Below, piece after piece: positions 63,013 through 64,000 of a DNA stretch of 64,000 nucleotides (positions within the stretch are counted from its first letter, which is position 1; every line of letters starts with the position of its first letter). Source of the DNA: Okamejei kenojei (lineage: Eukaryota); NCBI GenBank assembly GCA_035221665.1, contig CM069133.1:95790001-95854000 (forward strand), given 5' to 3'. Under the pieces are notes generated by a model. The model saw nothing but the letters and a program-made list of their open reading frames with translations. It did no database searches and had not been told where the DNA came from. The position numbers and the translations under genes are program-made.

Positions 63013-64000
63013 CTAGATTAAGTGGGACCCTTTGTGTCCTTGTCATACAGGAGGCTTGGTCCTCAAACACAATATTCCACCACTCACCCATAGCCCCCAA
63101 CTGCAGAGGCGCACCTCATTCCCCCTCATCCCTAGCACTCTCTCCCCCTCCTCTTCACCCTCCCTCTTCTTTCCCATCTCCTCCTCCCCTTCCCATAACT
63201 TCTCTCCCTTCCCTACTCCCCTCCTCTCGCCTCTCTCTCCCTCTCCTTTCCCCTACCCTCAGTCCTTACCTCCCTCCATTACATCTCTCCCCTTCTTTCC
63301 CCTCTCCTATCCCTCTATTCCCACCTCCCAAAATACTCACTCCCTTATTGCCCCCACTATCCCTCCTCACCACTCCCACTGCCCTCCTCTCTATTCCCCA
63401 CTTCTACCTCCACCACTCCCCCCCTCCTCTCCCTCTATTACCCCTCCTGCTCCACTCTCCCTCCTCACCTCCTCCTTCTTCTTTTCCTCTCCTCCTACCC
63501 TCCCCCAATACCTCCCTCACCTCTTCTTTCACTTACCCTCAGTCACTCCATCCCTCCATAACTCCTCTCCCCTCCCTACTCTCCTCCTCTCCCTCTATCC
63601 TCTCTCCTCCCCACTCTCCCTCCCCAGGATCTCGAGGTTGCTGCACCTCTCCCTTCTTGCATGCCCCGGAGAAGCATCAGCTGTCGGTGCCCTCAGAGCC
63701 AGGCCTCGGATCGGCCCGGAGGCACCAGCAGCTGCGGCCGCGCCGGTGGGAGGGGGGTGGGGAGAGCTTGGAGAAAAGACAGGGGAAGAACCATGGGGAA
63801 GAGGGGGGTATCACGGGGAAGGGAGCAGTAGCCAGCGAGGGGGACCAGAGGGGAAGGGGCTGGAGCTGCAGGGTGTTGCGATGGCAGTGCGTTTTGGACT
63901 CACAGCGGGCGCTGGACGCTCTCCTCCACCGGGATCAGATTCACCACTTGCCATTTGGAGACATCGCCATGCCAGGCCGGGCCATACCGCGCAGCGCTGC
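63013..64000 (-). mobile_element. Non-autonomous Helitron, tandem copy 2 (runs off the window)
   Basis: Colinear diverged repeat of 61919 onward, starting CTAGATTAAGTGGGACCC. Confidence 0.75.

Overview
Repeat-dense vertebrate genomic DNA, most likely intronic or intergenic sequence of a cartilaginous fish (skate/ray; inferred from HE1-type tRNA SINEs and HER1/CR1 LINE tails). No intact host gene can be supported; only two weak exon candidates were seen. The window is a nested mosaic: a 5'-truncated L1 with a 12-bp TSD; three near-complete but decayed DIRS1 tyrosine-recombinase retrotransposons (ITRs, internal complementary region, gag/RT-RH-MT/YR) plus two DIRS 5' fragments; two Penelope-like (PLE) elements and many PLE pLTR remnants with minimal hammerhead motifs; CR1, Rex1 and RTE fragments; V-SINEs; non-autonomous Helitrons; and a DNA-transposon-like remnant with a Tudor/Spindlin-like exon. 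The most striking observation is a ~145-bp retroposon present three times (32813, 40551, 50183). It lacks a tRNA head and starts exactly at G1 of a minimal CPEB3/HDV-like self-cleaving ribozyme fold, followed by a structured 3' domain and a purine-repeat tail, with TSDs in two copies. Also notable: a DIRS internal complementary region that has copied about 30 bp of flanking DNA, and a 10-bp duplication at a DIRS insertion whose target resembles the circle junction. All calls are by eye; boundaries of decayed repeats are approximate.
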